Positions 30,088 to 40,645 of a DNA stretch of 64,000 nucleotides are shown piece after piece; within the stretch, counting starts at the first letter, position 1, and every line of letters starts with the position of its first letter. The notes below the pieces were generated by a model. The model saw only the letters and a program-made list of their open reading frames with translations, made no database searches and was not told the origin of the DNA. Source of the DNA: Spirochaetia bacterium. Lineage in GTDB: Bacteria > Spirochaetota > Spirochaetia > SZUA-6 > Bin103. Both the position numbers and the translations under genes were made by a program. The stretch lies in assembly GCA_965199955.1 (NCBI GenBank), contig CBDATQ010000001.1:2240001-2304000 (forward strand), written 5' to 3'.

Positions 30088-30834
30088 ATGCGAAAGACCC
30101 TGCTTGCCCTGATCGTCACGCTCGCCATGCTCACTCCCGCCGGCATTGCCGTCGCGGGCGAGCCGTTCGCGGTCGTGGAGCTGTTCACCTCCCAGGGGTG
30201 CAACTCGTGCCCCGGCGCGGAGGCGGTGCTGCGCGACCTGAGCGCCCACGCGCGCGAGTCCGGCCTGCGCATCATCCCGATCGAGTGGCACGTCGATTAC
30301 TGGGACCGGCTCGGCTGGCCCGACCCGTTCGGCGACCCAGAGCACTCGCAGCGGCAGCGGCGCTACGCCCGCGCGCTGGGCCAGCGCGGGCCCTACACGC
30401 CGCAGATCATCGTCAACGGCACCACCATCGTGCGGCCCGCGCAGCGGCGGCAGCTCGTGTTCGACCACGCGGAGATGGCGCTGGAGCAGCCGGCGCAGGC
30501 GGAGGTGACCCTGAGCGCCGGCCTCGCCGAGCGAGCCCTGGACGTCTCCTTCTCGGTCAGCGACGCGCCGCGGCGGGCGGCGATGATGCTGATCGTCGTC
30601 GAGCGCGGCCTCGGCAACCACGTGCCGCGCGGCGAGAATCGGGGCAAGACGCTGCGCCATGACGAGGTCGTCCGCGCGCACCACGACCTGGGACGGATCG
30701 GGCGGGAGACCAGCGGCACGTTCGCGCTGGAGGTTCCGGAGGACGTGGACCTGTCGATGGCGTCCCTGATCTGCATCGTCCACGACCCGGTCACCATGGA
30801 GATCGTGGGCGCCGCCAGCGTCGATCTCACCTAG
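30088..30834 (+). CDS. DUF1223 exported thioredoxin-like protein
   Basis: Signal peptide, VVELFTSQGCNSCP, HVDYWDRLGWPDPF, YTPQ. Confidence 0.88.
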   Translation: MRKTLLALIVTLAMLTPAGIAVAGEPFAVVELFTSQGCNSCPGAEAVLRDLSAHARESGLRIIPIEWHVDYWDRLGWPDPFGDPEHSQRQRRYARALGQRGPYTPQIIVNGTTIVRPAQRRQLVFDHAEMALEQPAQAEVTLSAGLAERALDVSFSVSDAPRRAAMMLIVVERGLGNHVPRGENRGKTLRHDEVVRAHHDLGRIGRETSGTFALEVPEDVDLSMASLICIVHDPVTMEIVGAASVDLT

Positions 30835-30892
30835 CCCCGCAGTCGTCGCCTTCGGCTCCGTCTTTGGCCCAGCCCCCGCCCCAACCTTCCGC
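30834..30892 (+). repeat. Dispersed intergenic repeat, copy A
   Basis: Matches the reverse complement of 62286-62337 (core tcgtcgcctYcggctccg..tggccca..accttccgc). Confidence 0.65.
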
Positions 30893-31033
30893 GATACTCA
30901 GCTCCCGGCTTCGCCGGCCGGTGTTTCGCTCCTGGGCCAAGCCCGCCTTTGGGCTTCGGTGGCCGGATGCGGCGCTCGCGCGCGTATGCGCGAGATTCCG
31001 TAGCAAGCCCACGTCCCCTTCGCAGTCCCGCAC

Positions 31034-32290
31034 TTGACCCGGATCCGGTCTCTGAGCGCTCTGGGCGCCGAGGTGGGTGGCACGCGCTTCGTGCTGCTGA
31101 TCGGCGCCTTCGCGCTGTTCTCCGCGGGCTTGACCTTGTTCGAGATCAACTTCCCGCACTACCTGCGCGGGCAGTTCCGGATGGGCGCCGGCTTCCGCAG
31201 CTTCCTGGAGTTCCCGCGCGAGTCGCAGGGCTTTGCCGTCGTGTTCTACGCGGTGTTGCTGGGGGCGGCGACCGAGCGGCGCCTGTTCGCGCTGGCGGCG
31301 ACGGTGACCGCGGTCGGCATGACGGCGCTGGCGCTGCTGCCCGCGCGCGTCATTCCGGACTCGATCGCCGGGCTGGCCCCGGCGCTCCCGCTCATCGGCC
31401 TGGTGATGGTGCACTCGGCCGGCATGCACTTGGCGATGGTGATGGAGCAGTCGATCATCATCGAATCCGGCGGGCTGGCCGGCGCCGGGCGGCGGCTCGG
31501 TTGGGTCGCCTTCTGGCGGACCATCGCCGCGCTGGCCGCGGCGCTTGCGATCCTGGCTATCGGCAGGCTGCTCGACGTCGGCTACCGGCCCTACTTCATC
31601 GCCGGGGCGGCGCTTTCGCTGGCGGCCGCGGTGCTCATCACGGCCGCCACCCGCGGGCAACCGCACGTGCGCGGCACGCGCCGGCGCCTGCGGTTCGAGC
31701 GCCGCTTCAACCGCTACTACCTGCTGTGCGCGCTGTTCGGGGTGCGCAAGCAGGTGTTCATCACGTTCGCTCTGTGGACGCTGGTCACCGTGTACGAGCA
31801 GCCGCTCGGCACCGTGGCGCTGCTCTGGTTCCTGTTCTCGGGGGCGGGGCTGGTCACGCAGCCGCTGATCGGAGCGGTCATCGATCGGGTGGGGCCGCGC
31901 CTGACGCTGACCGTGGACGCGCTGGTTCTGCTGCTGGTCTGCCTGCTGTACGGATTCGCCGAGCACCTGTTCGTCCCCGGCGTGGCGATCGTCGTGGTCG
32001 GCGCCACCTACGTGCTCGACCACCTGCTGTTCTTCGCGGGCTCCGCGCGTTCGGTGTACGCCGGCAGCGTGGCGCCCGGCCGCTCGGACCTGTCGCCGAC
32101 CCTGTCCATGGGCGTGACCATCGACCACGTCTTCTCCATGACGGTGCCGCTGGCCGGCGGGGTGCTCTGGAAGACGCTCGGCTACGAGTCCGTGTTCGTG
32201 GCCGCAGCGGTGATCGCCGGAGTGACCGCCGTGGTCGCCGCCGGCATCCGCGCGCCGCAGCCCGCGGCGGCGGCTCTCCGCCACGACTGA
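31034..32290 (+). CDS. MFS transporter
   Basis: About 12 hydrophobic segments, LEFPRESQG, IGAVIDRVGPR. Confidence 0.85.
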   Translation: MTRIRSLSALGAEVGGTRFVLLIGAFALFSAGLTLFEINFPHYLRGQFRMGAGFRSFLEFPRESQGFAVVFYAVLLGAATERRLFALAATVTAVGMTALALLPARVIPDSIAGLAPALPLIGLVMVHSAGMHLAMVMEQSIIIESGGLAGAGRRLGWVAFWRTIAALAAALAILAIGRLLDVGYRPYFIAGAALSLAAAVLITAATRGQPHVRGTRRRLRFERRFNRYYLLCALFGVRKQVFITFALWTLVTVYEQPLGTVALLWFLFSGAGLVTQPLIGAVIDRVGPRLTLTVDALVLLLVCLLYGFAEHLFVPGVAIVVVGATYVLDHLLFFAGSARSVYAGSVAPGRSDLSPTLSMGVTIDHVFSMTVPLAGGVLWKTLGYESVFVAAAVIAGVTAVVAAGIRAPQPAAAALRHD

Positions 32291-32313
32291 CCCACCGCGA
32301 CTGACGGCCGCCG

Positions 32314-32952
32314 CTATCCGTTGTCGCGCGGCCGCGCCAGCACCTGCCAGTGGTAGCCGCCGGGGCCATCCTGCTCGACGTCCTCGCACCGCACGAGGTC
32401 GAACGCCGGCAGGTAGCGGTCGATCTCCTCCCGGTCGAAGTAGTGGTGGGGATGGCTCTTCTCGGTCTCGCCGGGAACGACGAAGGTGCCCGGCTCGATC
32501 TCCGTGCCACGGCCGTGGTGATGCCGGGTGGAGATCAGCGTGCAGAGCAGGGAGCCGCCGGTGACCAGGCAGCGCTCGATCTCGGCGACGGTGCGACGGA
32601 TCACCTCCGCCGTGCCGTGATAGATCACGTTCCAGGTGAGGATCAGGTCGAAGAACCCGTCAACAAAGGGAATAGCCGCCATGTCGCCTGTCTGCAGCCG
32701 CACCTGCACCCCTTCCCGTTCGGCCCACGCGCTCGCGAAGTCCAGCCCGCTGGGGCTGCTGTCCAGGCTGTAGACCTCGAGTCCGGCCCTGGCGCACAGA
32801 ATCGCGTGCCGGCCGACGCCGAAGCCCAGGTCCAGGACCGTGCGCACGCCGTCTCGCCGCCACCGCGGGATGAGCTCCGACACCAGCGGATCCGGCTTCG
32901 ACCAGTAGGCGCGGCCTGCCACGGTCTTCCACGCGTCGTCCCACGCTTTCAT
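32314..32952 (-). CDS. Class I SAM-dependent methyltransferase
   Basis: VLDLGFGVGRH, FDLILTWNVIYH. Confidence 0.88.
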   Translation of the reverse strand: MKAWDDAWKTVAGRAYWSKPDPLVSELIPRWRRDGVRTVLDLGFGVGRHAILCARAGLEVYSLDSSPSGLDFASAWAEREGVQVRLQTGDMAAIPFVDGFFDLILTWNVIYHGTAEVIRRTVAEIERCLVTGGSLLCTLISTRHHHGRGTEIEPGTFVVPGETEKSHPHHYFDREEIDRYLPAFDLVRCEDVEQDGPGGYHWQVLARPRDNG

Positions 32953-32984
32953 TCCGAATCATACCAGGGTCGCGGCCCGGCGGG

Positions 32985-33659
32985 TCAGATCGACCGGCGG
33001 GTCAGGCTGAAGCTCTGCGCGGTCGGGCCGTGGTCCGGCTGGGTGGCTAGGAACAGCGCCAGCGGAGCCACGTCCTCCGGCTCCTTCATCACCTCGCTGT
33101 CGGAGTAGGGTGGCGGCCCGCTGGAGGCCGTGAGCCGCGTGGCCACGGGGCCGGGAATGAGCTCGTTGACCGTGATGTTGTGCTGCCAGACTTCCTCGGC
33201 CAGGCACCGCGTGAACATCCACAGGCCGGCCTTGCCCACGTGATAGGCGCAGCCGTTCGCCGTCGGCCGGTGGCCCATGCCCGAGCCCACGTTGATCACC
33301 CGTCCGCCCCCGGACTCCACCATCAACGGCAGCAGCGCCCGCGACACCAGGTAGGCGCTGACGCAATTGACCGTGACGTCCTCGACCCAGAGGTCGGGTC
33401 GCTGTCCAGAATGCCCTTGTGCTCCAGCCCCCCGCCCGCGTTGTTGAACAGAATGTCCAGGCGGCCGAACGCGGTCCGGACGGCGCCGGCCAGGTCGTCC
33501 ACCGCCCCACGCCGCGTAACGTCCGTGGGAACCGCGATGGCGCGGCGGCGCTGCGCGCGGCGAGGACCAGATCCGCCCCTTCGGCGGCGTAGGCGATGGC
33601 GCGGCCGATCCGCGCTCGCCGGTTACGACGGCAACCTTCCCGGAGAGTAGCGGCATCAC
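32985..33659 (-). pseudogene. Short-chain dehydrogenase with a decayed N-terminal half
   Basis: GKVAVVTG with broken TGxxxGxG; LFNNAG off-frame; intact INVGSG and YHVGK. Confidence 0.75.
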
Positions 33660-33762
33660 AGGACTCCTTTCGTGCAGGGTCGGGGATGCCTCCGCTCGCC
33701 GTCAATCACGTACGACGCCGTCGCGTCCGGCGGACGCGACGGCCGGGCACGTCTGACGTAGA

Positions 33763-34872
33763 ATGGCGCCCGTGAACGACCCGAAACCGACTTCAAGCGA
33801 TCGAACCCCGGGCGCCCGGCGCCTGACGGCGCGGATCGGCGGCGCCGGTCTTGCAGCGCTGCTGGCCATCGCCTGCCAGGCAGATGAGGGAAGCCCCGCG
33901 GGCGACCTGGAACCCGGCCTGTATGCCGAGATGGCGACCAACCGCGGGACGATCATCCTGCGTCTGGAGCACGAGAAGGTGCCGCTGACGGTCGCCAACT
34001 TCGTCGGCCTGGCGGAAGCAACGATCGAGTTCAGCGGCAAGGAAGCGGGGCCGTACTACGACGGACTGATCTTCCATCGCGTGATCGACGAATTCATGAT
34101 CCAGGGCGGCGACCCGACCGGCACCGGCCGCGGTGGCCCGGGCTACCAGTTCCCGGACGAGATCGACCAGTCGCTCCGCCACGACCGACCCGGCACCCTT
34201 TCGATGGCCAACGCCGGTCCCAACACCAACGGCAGCCAGTTCTTCATCACCCACGTGGAGACGCCGTGGCTTGACGATCGCCACGCCGTGTTCGGCTACG
34301 TCGTGTCCGGTCAGGACGTGGTCGACGCCATCCGCCAGGGGGACAGGATCGAGAAACTGCGCATCCTCCGCGTCGGACCGTCGGCTGACGGCTTTCGGGT
34401 CGACCAGCGCATGTTCGACGAGTTGCGCGGCAGCGCCCCGGAACAGGCCGCCGAGCGTGCGGCCGCCGCCCGTGCGGACGCCGATGCCGAGGTGCGCCGC
34501 CGCTGGCCCGGCGCCACGGTGACCGAGAGCGGACTGCGGTACCTGGTCGAGCAAGCGGGCGAGGGCGAGGAACGGCCCGGGCCCGAGACCTACGTGGAGG
34601 TTCACTACGTCGGCAGCCTGCTGGACGGCACGGTGTTCGACAGCTCGCGCGAGCGCGGCACGCCTGCGGTGTTCCCGGTCAACCGCGTCATCCCGGGCTG
34701 GCAGGAAGCCCTGCAGGACATGCGCAAGGGCGAGCGGCGCACGCTGATCGTGCCGCCGGAGCTCGGCTACGGAGACCGCGGCGTCCCCCAGGCGAGGATC
34801 CCGCCGGGCGCCTACCTGATCTTCGACGTCGAGCTGCTGCGGTTCCCGGTCGATGCCCCCGGCGGACGGTAG
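33763..34872 (+). CDS. Cyclophilin-FKBP dual peptidyl-prolyl isomerase (probable lipoprotein)
   Basis: [33 protein letters not shown], then [30 protein letters not shown]. Confidence 0.93.
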   Translation: MAPVNDPKPTSSDRTPGARRLTARIGGAGLAALLAIACQADEGSPAGDLEPGLYAEMATNRGTIILRLEHEKVPLTVANFVGLAEATIEFSGKEAGPYYDGLIFHRVIDEFMIQGGDPTGTGRGGPGYQFPDEIDQSLRHDRPGTLSMANAGPNTNGSQFFITHVETPWLDDRHAVFGYVVSGQDVVDAIRQGDRIEKLRILRVGPSADGFRVDQRMFDELRGSAPEQAAERAAAARADADAEVRRRWPGATVTESGLRYLVEQAGEGEERPGPETYVEVHYVGSLLDGTVFDSSRERGTPAVFPVNRVIPGWQEALQDMRKGERRTLIVPPELGYGDRGVPQARIPPGAYLIFDVELLRFPVDAPGGR

Positions 34873-35467
34873 CCGCCCGCCGCTCCGCACCCTTGACAAG
34901 GCGCAGATCGCGGCCCTGCCGCTCGGCTGGTTTCCCGGCACGATCCACGTGGCCGACTCGGCCGAGGCGGTCGCCGATGCGCTCGCGGCCTTCGACGGCG
35001 CCGGCGTGCTGGGGCTGGACACCGAGACCCGCCCCTCGTTCCGGCGCGGCGAGCGGCATCCGGTTGCCGTCCTGCAGCTCGCCTCCGAGGAACACGCGGT
35101 GCTGGTGCAGCTTCGCTGGGCGGGTGTGCCGCCGCCGCTGCGCGCCCTCCTGGAGTCGGAACGGATCGTCAAGGCCGCGCAGGCGCCGGCCGACGAGTTG
35201 CGCGCGCTTCGCAAGCTCTACCGCGTACAGCCCCGCGGAGTGATCGACGTCGGCCGCATCGTGCGCGATGCGGGATTCTCCCCCTCCAGCGTGCGGGGGC
35301 AGGCCGCGCACTTTCTGGGCATCCGCATCTCCAAGAGCGCGCAGGTGTCCAACTGGGCCGAACGCCGCCTGACACCGGCTCAGCAGCGCTACGCGGCCAC
35401 CGACGCCTGGGTGTGCCGCCGGAGTTACCTGACGCTTGCAGAGCGCACCGACGGAGCGCCGCGGTGA
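34853..35467 (+). CDS. DEDD 3'-5' exonuclease (WRN/RNase D-like)
   Basis: [22 protein letters not shown]. Confidence 0.88.
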   Translation: MPPADGSRPPLRTLDKAQIAALPLGWFPGTIHVADSAEAVADALAAFDGAGVLGLDTETRPSFRRGERHPVAVLQLASEEHAVLVQLRWAGVPPPLRALLESERIVKAAQAPADELRALRKLYRVQPRGVIDVGRIVRDAGFSPSSVRGQAAHFLGIRISKSAQVSNWAERRLTPAQQRYAATDAWVCRRSYLTLAERTDGAPR

Positions 35468-36090
35468 GCGCGTTGCGCCCCCTGGCGGCCGTGTGTCTGG
35501 CGGCCGTCACACTCACGTCGTGCGTGGACATCGAGATGCGCTTCGTCATGCGGCGCGACGGCGCCGGCCGCCTAGAGCTCAGCTATCGCGTCCCGCAGGA
35601 GGCTGCCACCCTGATGGACTCGGTCGAAGGCGTTCCAGCCGTGCCCCTGCCGATCGACCGGGCGGACTTCGAGGCGTCGCTCGCCGGCGCGGACGGCGTC
35701 CGCCTGCGCCGGTTCCGGCGCATGGACCAGGAGGAAGAGGTGCGCATCGAAGCCCGGATCGACTTCGACAGCATCGACGCGCTCCGCGCCGTCCCGGGGT
35801 TCACGGACCTGCCGGTGTCCTTCACTGCCACGGGCGCAGGCGGCGGGGAACTGTCCCAGCGCGTGGTGCCCGCGCGGCCCGCCCGCGACGCGCCGGACGA
35901 GCGCATGGTGGAGCTCGTGCAGGACCTTGCCGGCGACTCGCGGGTGACGTTCGTGGTGGTCGCGCCCCGCGACATTCAGGCGGCCGACGGGGGAACGATC
36001 GACGCCGACCGCCGCACCGCGCGCTTCTCGCGGTCGCTGGCCGACTACCTGACGGAGGCCGGCCCGGTGGATCTGACGGTCCGGTGGTAG
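35464..36090 (+). CDS. Hypothetical lipoprotein
   Basis: Lipobox LTSC after a hydrophobic leader. Confidence 0.65.
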   Translation: MSALRPLAAVCLAAVTLTSCVDIEMRFVMRRDGAGRLELSYRVPQEAATLMDSVEGVPAVPLPIDRADFEASLAGADGVRLRRFRRMDQEEEVRIEARIDFDSIDALRAVPGFTDLPVSFTATGAGGGELSQRVVPARPARDAPDERMVELVQDLAGDSRVTFVVVAPRDIQAADGGTIDADRRTARFSRSLADYLTEAGPVDLTVRW

Positions 36091-36092
36091 GG

Positions 36093-36122
36093 TTGACGCA
36101 AGGGCATGCGATGGGCCATATT
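36093..36122 (+). promoter_or_regulatory. Candidate sigma70 promoter of the ATPase operon
   Basis: TTGACG-18bp-CATATT. Confidence 0.4.
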
Positions 36123-36200
36123 AGGGGAACCAGCCGCCTGTCGCGGTACAATCGCCTGATATTTTCCCTTTAGGCAAAACATCCACTGGAGCTCGGTACG

Positions 36201-36506
36201 ATGGACGTTCTCAAAGACGTGAAAAAGGCGGAGGAAGACGCCGAGAGCATCGAACGGGACTACCGTACCAAAGCCGCCGAGCTGCTTGCCTCCGTGAGCG
36301 ACAGACTCGACGAACGCCGGCAGGAGCTCACGGCGGAGCTCGATGGCGAGCTGGAACGGCGTACCGCGGAGCTCGATCGCCAGTTCCATGCCGAACGGGA
36401 AACGATTGTCGCCTCCGGGCGTCAGCAGCGCGAAGCGGCGGAAACCTCCGCGAGCAGCCGCCATGACGCGGCACTGCAGCTCATCCTGAAGCGAATACAG
36501 CGGTAG
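36201..36506 (+). CDS. V/A-type ATPase subunit H (G)
   Basis: Charged coiled-coil protein, first gene of the operon. Confidence 0.7.
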   Translation: MDVLKDVKKAEEDAESIERDYRTKAAELLASVSDRLDERRQELTAELDGELERRTAELDRQFHAERETIVASGRQQREAAETSASSRHDAALQLILKRIQR

Positions 36507-36513
36507 TCCGCGC

Positions 36514-38535
36514 GTGGCCATCGCAGACCTCACCAAGGTGGAGGTCGTCCTGCCGAAGGACGACCTGGACAGCGCTCTGTCCGGACTCGAGCGCTCCGGG
36601 CTGCTGCACGTCGACGACATCCACGACGGGCTCGATGAAGAGCTCGCCGAGCATGAAGCGGAGGCGCCCGTGGCGCAGGCGGGCGCGGCAGGCCGTCAGG
36701 CCGACATCGACTTCCTGTTGCAGCTCTTCCAGCGCTTCGCACCCGTCAAGAAGGGGTTGTTGGAGGAATTCTTCGGCTCGCCGCCGCCCCGGACACGCGA
36801 CCAGGTCACGCACCTGGTCGAAAGCGTCGACGTGGCCGAGTTGCGCGGCCGGCTCGGCGCAGAGCTCGCCCACTACGACGAGCTGCTCTCGGAGCAGGCG
36901 CTCCTGCGGCAGCGCCGGATTAACCTCGAACCCTGGCAGCCGCTCGACACGAGCCTGGCGGACCTGTCCACCGGCCGCCACACCACACTGCTTCCGGTGC
37001 GGATGCCCGGCAACGCCGACGCCCTGGCCGCTGCCGTCGGCGACGGGGCGCTCGGACCGTCGGCGGCCTACGCCCCGGTCTCGACCGGCAAGCGCGACAG
37101 CCACGGGGTGCTGGCCGTCCTGAACGAGCAGCTCACCGATGCCCAGGACGGCCTGCGCCGCCTGCGCGGCGAAGTGGTCGACCTGCCCGGGGACGACTTG
37201 AACCCTGCAGCCGCGCTGCGCGCGATCGACGCCCGCATCGCGGAGATCGACGACCAGCTCACCGAGCTGCGGCGCAGGTTCGTGACCACTTCGGAGCGTT
37301 ACCGCGGCGCGATCCTGGCGCACGCCGATGCCGCGTCCGGCAAGCGGGCGGAACAGGACGCACGGCGCCGGCTGTACTACACGAAGCGCGCCGCGGTCCT
37401 CACCGGCTGGGTGCGCAGCGAACACGCGGCCCCCCTGCGCCTCGTGCTTTCCCAGACCTGCCCGGGGGCGCGGGCGCGATTCTCGCCTCCGGAGCCGGCC
37501 GATGATCCGCCGGTCGACCTGAACAATCGTTCCTTGATCAGACCCTTCGAATTCCTGATCCGCATGTTCGGCATGCCGAGGTACTTCGGCATCGACCCGA
37601 CCCCGTTCGTGGCGGTGGCGATGACGCTGTTCTACGCCGTGGCGCTCGGCGATGCGGGCTACGGGCTGCTGCAGGTGCTCCTCTGCCTGTGGCTGATGCG
37701 CCGCTACGAGTCGGCCGGCGAGACCAGGCTGTTCCTGCGCATGTTCGTGATCACGGGCATCGCCGCGATCGTGGTGGGCGTGCTCACCTGGAGCTTCTTC
37801 GGCGCCAGCCCGGGCATCGAAGGAGGCAAGATCCTGGGGTTCCTGCCGCTGATTACACCGACCAAGCAGATCACGGAGCTGATGGCATTCACCATCGGCG
37901 TCGGCGTTCTCCTCCAGCTCGCTTCGATCGTCGCCGGGGTGGTCGACTTCTGGAAGTCCGGCCAGCGTCTGGACGCCGTACTGGAGCGGGGGACGTGGCT
38001 GGCCCTCCTGGTAGCGCTGATCTTCTGGATCGCCGTGCGCACCGCCGGTGCGTCCGCGCTGGATGTTCCTTCCACGGTGCTGCTGGCGGCGGCCGCGGTG
38101 GCGGTGATCCTCTTCAGCATCCGCGAGGGAGGGAGCATCACGCGCGTGCTGACGGGCATCCTTTCGCTGTACGGGATCGTCGGCTACTACGGCCTGGTGG
38201 CGTTCTTCTCGGATGTCCTGTCCTACATGCGGCTGGGAATCCTGGCCCTGACATCGGCGTTCATCGGCCAGGTCGGCAACCTGATGGGCGGCCTGTTCTT
38301 CGCCGCCGGAGGTGGTGCGGCGATGGTGATTGGCGTCCTCATCGGGGTACTCATCATCGTCCTGTTCCATGTCCTGAACCTGGTTCTCAGCATGCTGGGG
38401 GCCTTCGTACACTCGCTGCGGTTGAACTACCTGGAGTCCTTCCAGCGGTACTTCGAGGGCGGAGGACGTGCGTTCGCCCCGTTGCGCGGCGAAGCCAAGC
38501 ACTATCGAATCATCGACACCATATTGAATCGGTGA
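36514..38535 (+). CDS. atpI: V/A-type ATPase subunit I
   Basis: MPRYFGIDPT, GDAGYG, DVLSYMRL, HSLRLNYLESF. Confidence 0.93.
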   Translation: MAIADLTKVEVVLPKDDLDSALSGLERSGLLHVDDIHDGLDEELAEHEAEAPVAQAGAAGRQADIDFLLQLFQRFAPVKKGLLEEFFGSPPPRTRDQVTHLVESVDVAELRGRLGAELAHYDELLSEQALLRQRRINLEPWQPLDTSLADLSTGRHTTLLPVRMPGNADALAAAVGDGALGPSAAYAPVSTGKRDSHGVLAVLNEQLTDAQDGLRRLRGEVVDLPGDDLNPAAALRAIDARIAEIDDQLTELRRRFVTTSERYRGAILAHADAASGKRAEQDARRRLYYTKRAAVLTGWVRSEHAAPLRLVLSQTCPGARARFSPPEPADDPPVDLNNRSLIRPFEFLIRMFGMPRYFGIDPTPFVAVAMTLFYAVALGDAGYGLLQVLLCLWLMRRYESAGETRLFLRMFVITGIAAIVVGVLTWSFFGASPGIEGGKILGFLPLITPTKQITELMAFTIGVGVLLQLASIVAGVVDFWKSGQRLDAVLERGTWLALLVALIFWIAVRTAGASALDVPSTVLLAAAAVAVILFSIREGGSITRVLTGILSLYGIVGYYGLVAFFSDVLSYMRLGILALTSAFIGQVGNLMGGLFFAAGGGAAMVIGVLIGVLIIVLFHVLNLVLSMLGAFVHSLRLNYLESFQRYFEGGGRAFAPLRGEAKHYRIIDTILNR

Positions 38536-38550
38536 CCTAAGGAGGCACGG

Positions 38551-39042
38551 ATGGAGATCTCTCTCGGCTTTGCGATCGCCCTGCTCGGCGGGGCCCTGGC
38601 CGCCGGTCTGGCGGCATACGGATCGTCGGTGGGCGTCGGCCTGGCCGGCGAGATGGCCGGCGGCGTCATCTCGGAAGATCCCGACCGGTTCGGCCTGATG
38701 CTGATCCTGCAGGCGCTGCCGGCGACGCAGGCGATCTACGGGCTGGTCGTAGCGATCCTGGTACTGCTCAAGCTCGAAGCGCTCAGCGGCAACGCCCTGG
38801 TCGACCTCGACCTGAAGAGCGGTCTGTGGGTGTTCGCGGCCTGTGTGCCGGCGATGTTCGGCGAGCTCATATCGCCGATCTGGCAGGGAAAGGTGGCGGT
38901 CGCGTCGATGGGCGCGGTGGCCAAGAAGCCGGACACCTTCGGGCGCGCGCTGATCCTGCCGGTCATGGTGGAGACCTTCGGCTTGTTCGCGCTGATCGCC
39001 ACCCTGATCATCCTGCAGGTCGCCATCCCGTCCTTTGTCTGA
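38551..39042 (+). CDS. atpK: V/A-type ATPase subunit K (4-TM proteolipid)
   Basis: LPATQAIYG, WQGKVA, MVETFG. Confidence 0.93.
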   Translation: MEISLGFAIALLGGALAAGLAAYGSSVGVGLAGEMAGGVISEDPDRFGLMLILQALPATQAIYGLVVAILVLLKLEALSGNALVDLDLKSGLWVFAACVPAMFGELISPIWQGKVAVASMGAVAKKPDTFGRALILPVMVETFGLFALIATLIILQVAIPSFV

Positions 39043-39043
39043 G

Positions 39044-39643
39044 ATGGCCGGCGACAACCTGGTCGAGCAGATCCTGACCGCGGCGCGCGAGCGCGGCGAG
39101 CAGGCGCTGCAGGCGGCGCAGGAGCACTACGACGAACGGTATCGGGCGGGGCTGAACGAGCTCACGCGCACCATCGAGGAGCGGCGCGAGCGCGAGAACC
39201 GGCAGGCCGAGGACCGGCTGCGGCAGCGGCTGTCGGGGGCGCGGCTGGAACAGAACAAGCAACTCGTGTCGCTGCGCCGGCGGCTGATCGACGACCTCTA
39301 CCGCGACGCGTGGGATCAGGTCAGCTCCGGGGACGCCTACCGCGCCTACCTGGAAGCCCAACTCCGCGAGCACGCCACGCCCGGCGACCGGCTGGTCGTC
39401 TCGCGGCGGGAAGCGGACCTCTTCGCCGGCGAATTGAGCGGCCTGCTGGCCGACCACGGCGTAACCCTGGCCGATGAGCAAGGCAGGTTCCGCGCCGGAT
39501 TCATCATCGAGCGCGGCCCTGCGGGCCGTCCGGAGGTGCGTCTCAACTGCACGCTGGATCAGGCGTTCAGCGAGCTTCAGGAAGACACCGAGATCGATGC
39601 GGCCGAGGTCCTGTTCGGCACGGAATCCACCGGGAGCGCCTGA
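39044..39643 (+). CDS. atpE: V/A-type ATPase subunit E
   Basis: Helical N-terminus, AGFIIE..NCTLD, operon position. Confidence 0.8.
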   Translation: MAGDNLVEQILTAARERGEQALQAAQEHYDERYRAGLNELTRTIEERRERENRQAEDRLRQRLSGARLEQNKQLVSLRRRLIDDLYRDAWDQVSSGDAYRAYLEAQLREHATPGDRLVVSRREADLFAGELSGLLADHGVTLADEQGRFRAGFIIERGPAGRPEVRLNCTLDQAFSELQEDTEIDAAEVLFGTESTGSA

Positions 39644-39650
39644 GCGAGCG

Positions 39651-40643
39651 ATGCCGCGAACCGAGCGCGACTTCAACTTCCTGACCGGCCTCCTGAAATG
39701 CCGGGAACGCGAGCTGGGCGACGAGTCCCTCGCGCGCGAGCTGGTGTCGGCACGCAGCATGGCCGAGGTGGTCGCGGCGCTGCCGCCGGGCCGCTTCGCC
39801 CAGGTCGTCGCGGCCGACCCTACGGACGCCGGCATCGAGCGGGCCGCCACCGAGGAGATGGCGGAGCTCTGGAAGGTCGTGGCCGACTACGCGCCGGTCC
39901 CGGAGCTGGCCGATCTGGTGGCCGCCCCGCTCGACCTGCACAATCTCAAGACGGCGCTGCTCGGCCACCTGCGTGCCGAGCAGTCGACCGGCCTGTATCA
40001 GCCCACGGCGCTGGTCGACGACGATGTGCTGGCCGAGGTGGGGGAGCTCTCGACCGCCCGCGTGCCGGACCACTACCTGCCCGCCATCCAGGCCGGCCTC
40101 GCCGCCTACTACGGCGCTGACCGCTCCCCGCAGGCACTGGAGCTGGCGATGGACCGTTCGCGCAGCCTGCTGCTGGTCGACATCGCTGCGCGGCGGTCGC
40201 GCGCCCTGGCCGCGGTACTCGCCGACTGGAGCGACCTGGCCGTGGCCGAGACGATCATGCGCGGCAAGGACGCCGGGCTTCCGTGGCGGGTCGTCCGCTG
40301 GGGATCGCACGGGCTGCCGGAGCAGGCGCGGCTGCAGGAGCTGTTCGACAGCCCCACGGGCGAGTGGGCGCAGATGCGCGTCTTCGCCCGCCCGCTGCTC
40401 ACCGCCGCCGTGCAGGCGCTGGGCCAGGGCGCCGGCACGCGGGAGACGATCCTGCGGCTGCAGACCGAGCTCACCACGCGGCTGGGAGCCTCCCGCTACG
40501 CGCCGGCGTCGCTGGAGTACGCCTACTACTTCGTACGCCGCAAACTCAACGATCTGGCCAGCTTCCGCATCGCCTGCCTGGGCGCGCTGCGCGAGCTGTC
40601 GAACGAAGCACAGGCCGCCCGCCTGAACCTGGGATTCGGTTGA
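39651..40643 (+). CDS. atpC: V/A-type ATPase subunit C
   Basis: DLHNLKT, position between E and F. Confidence 0.78.
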   Translation: MPRTERDFNFLTGLLKCRERELGDESLARELVSARSMAEVVAALPPGRFAQVVAADPTDAGIERAATEEMAELWKVVADYAPVPELADLVAAPLDLHNLKTALLGHLRAEQSTGLYQPTALVDDDVLAEVGELSTARVPDHYLPAIQAGLAAYYGADRSPQALELAMDRSRSLLLVDIAARRSRALAAVLADWSDLAVAETIMRGKDAGLPWRVVRWGSHGLPEQARLQELFDSPTGEWAQMRVFARPLLTAAVQALGQGAGTRETILRLQTELTTRLGASRYAPASLEYAYYFVRRKLNDLASFRIACLGALRELSNEAQAARLNLGFG

Positions 40644-40645
40644 TC

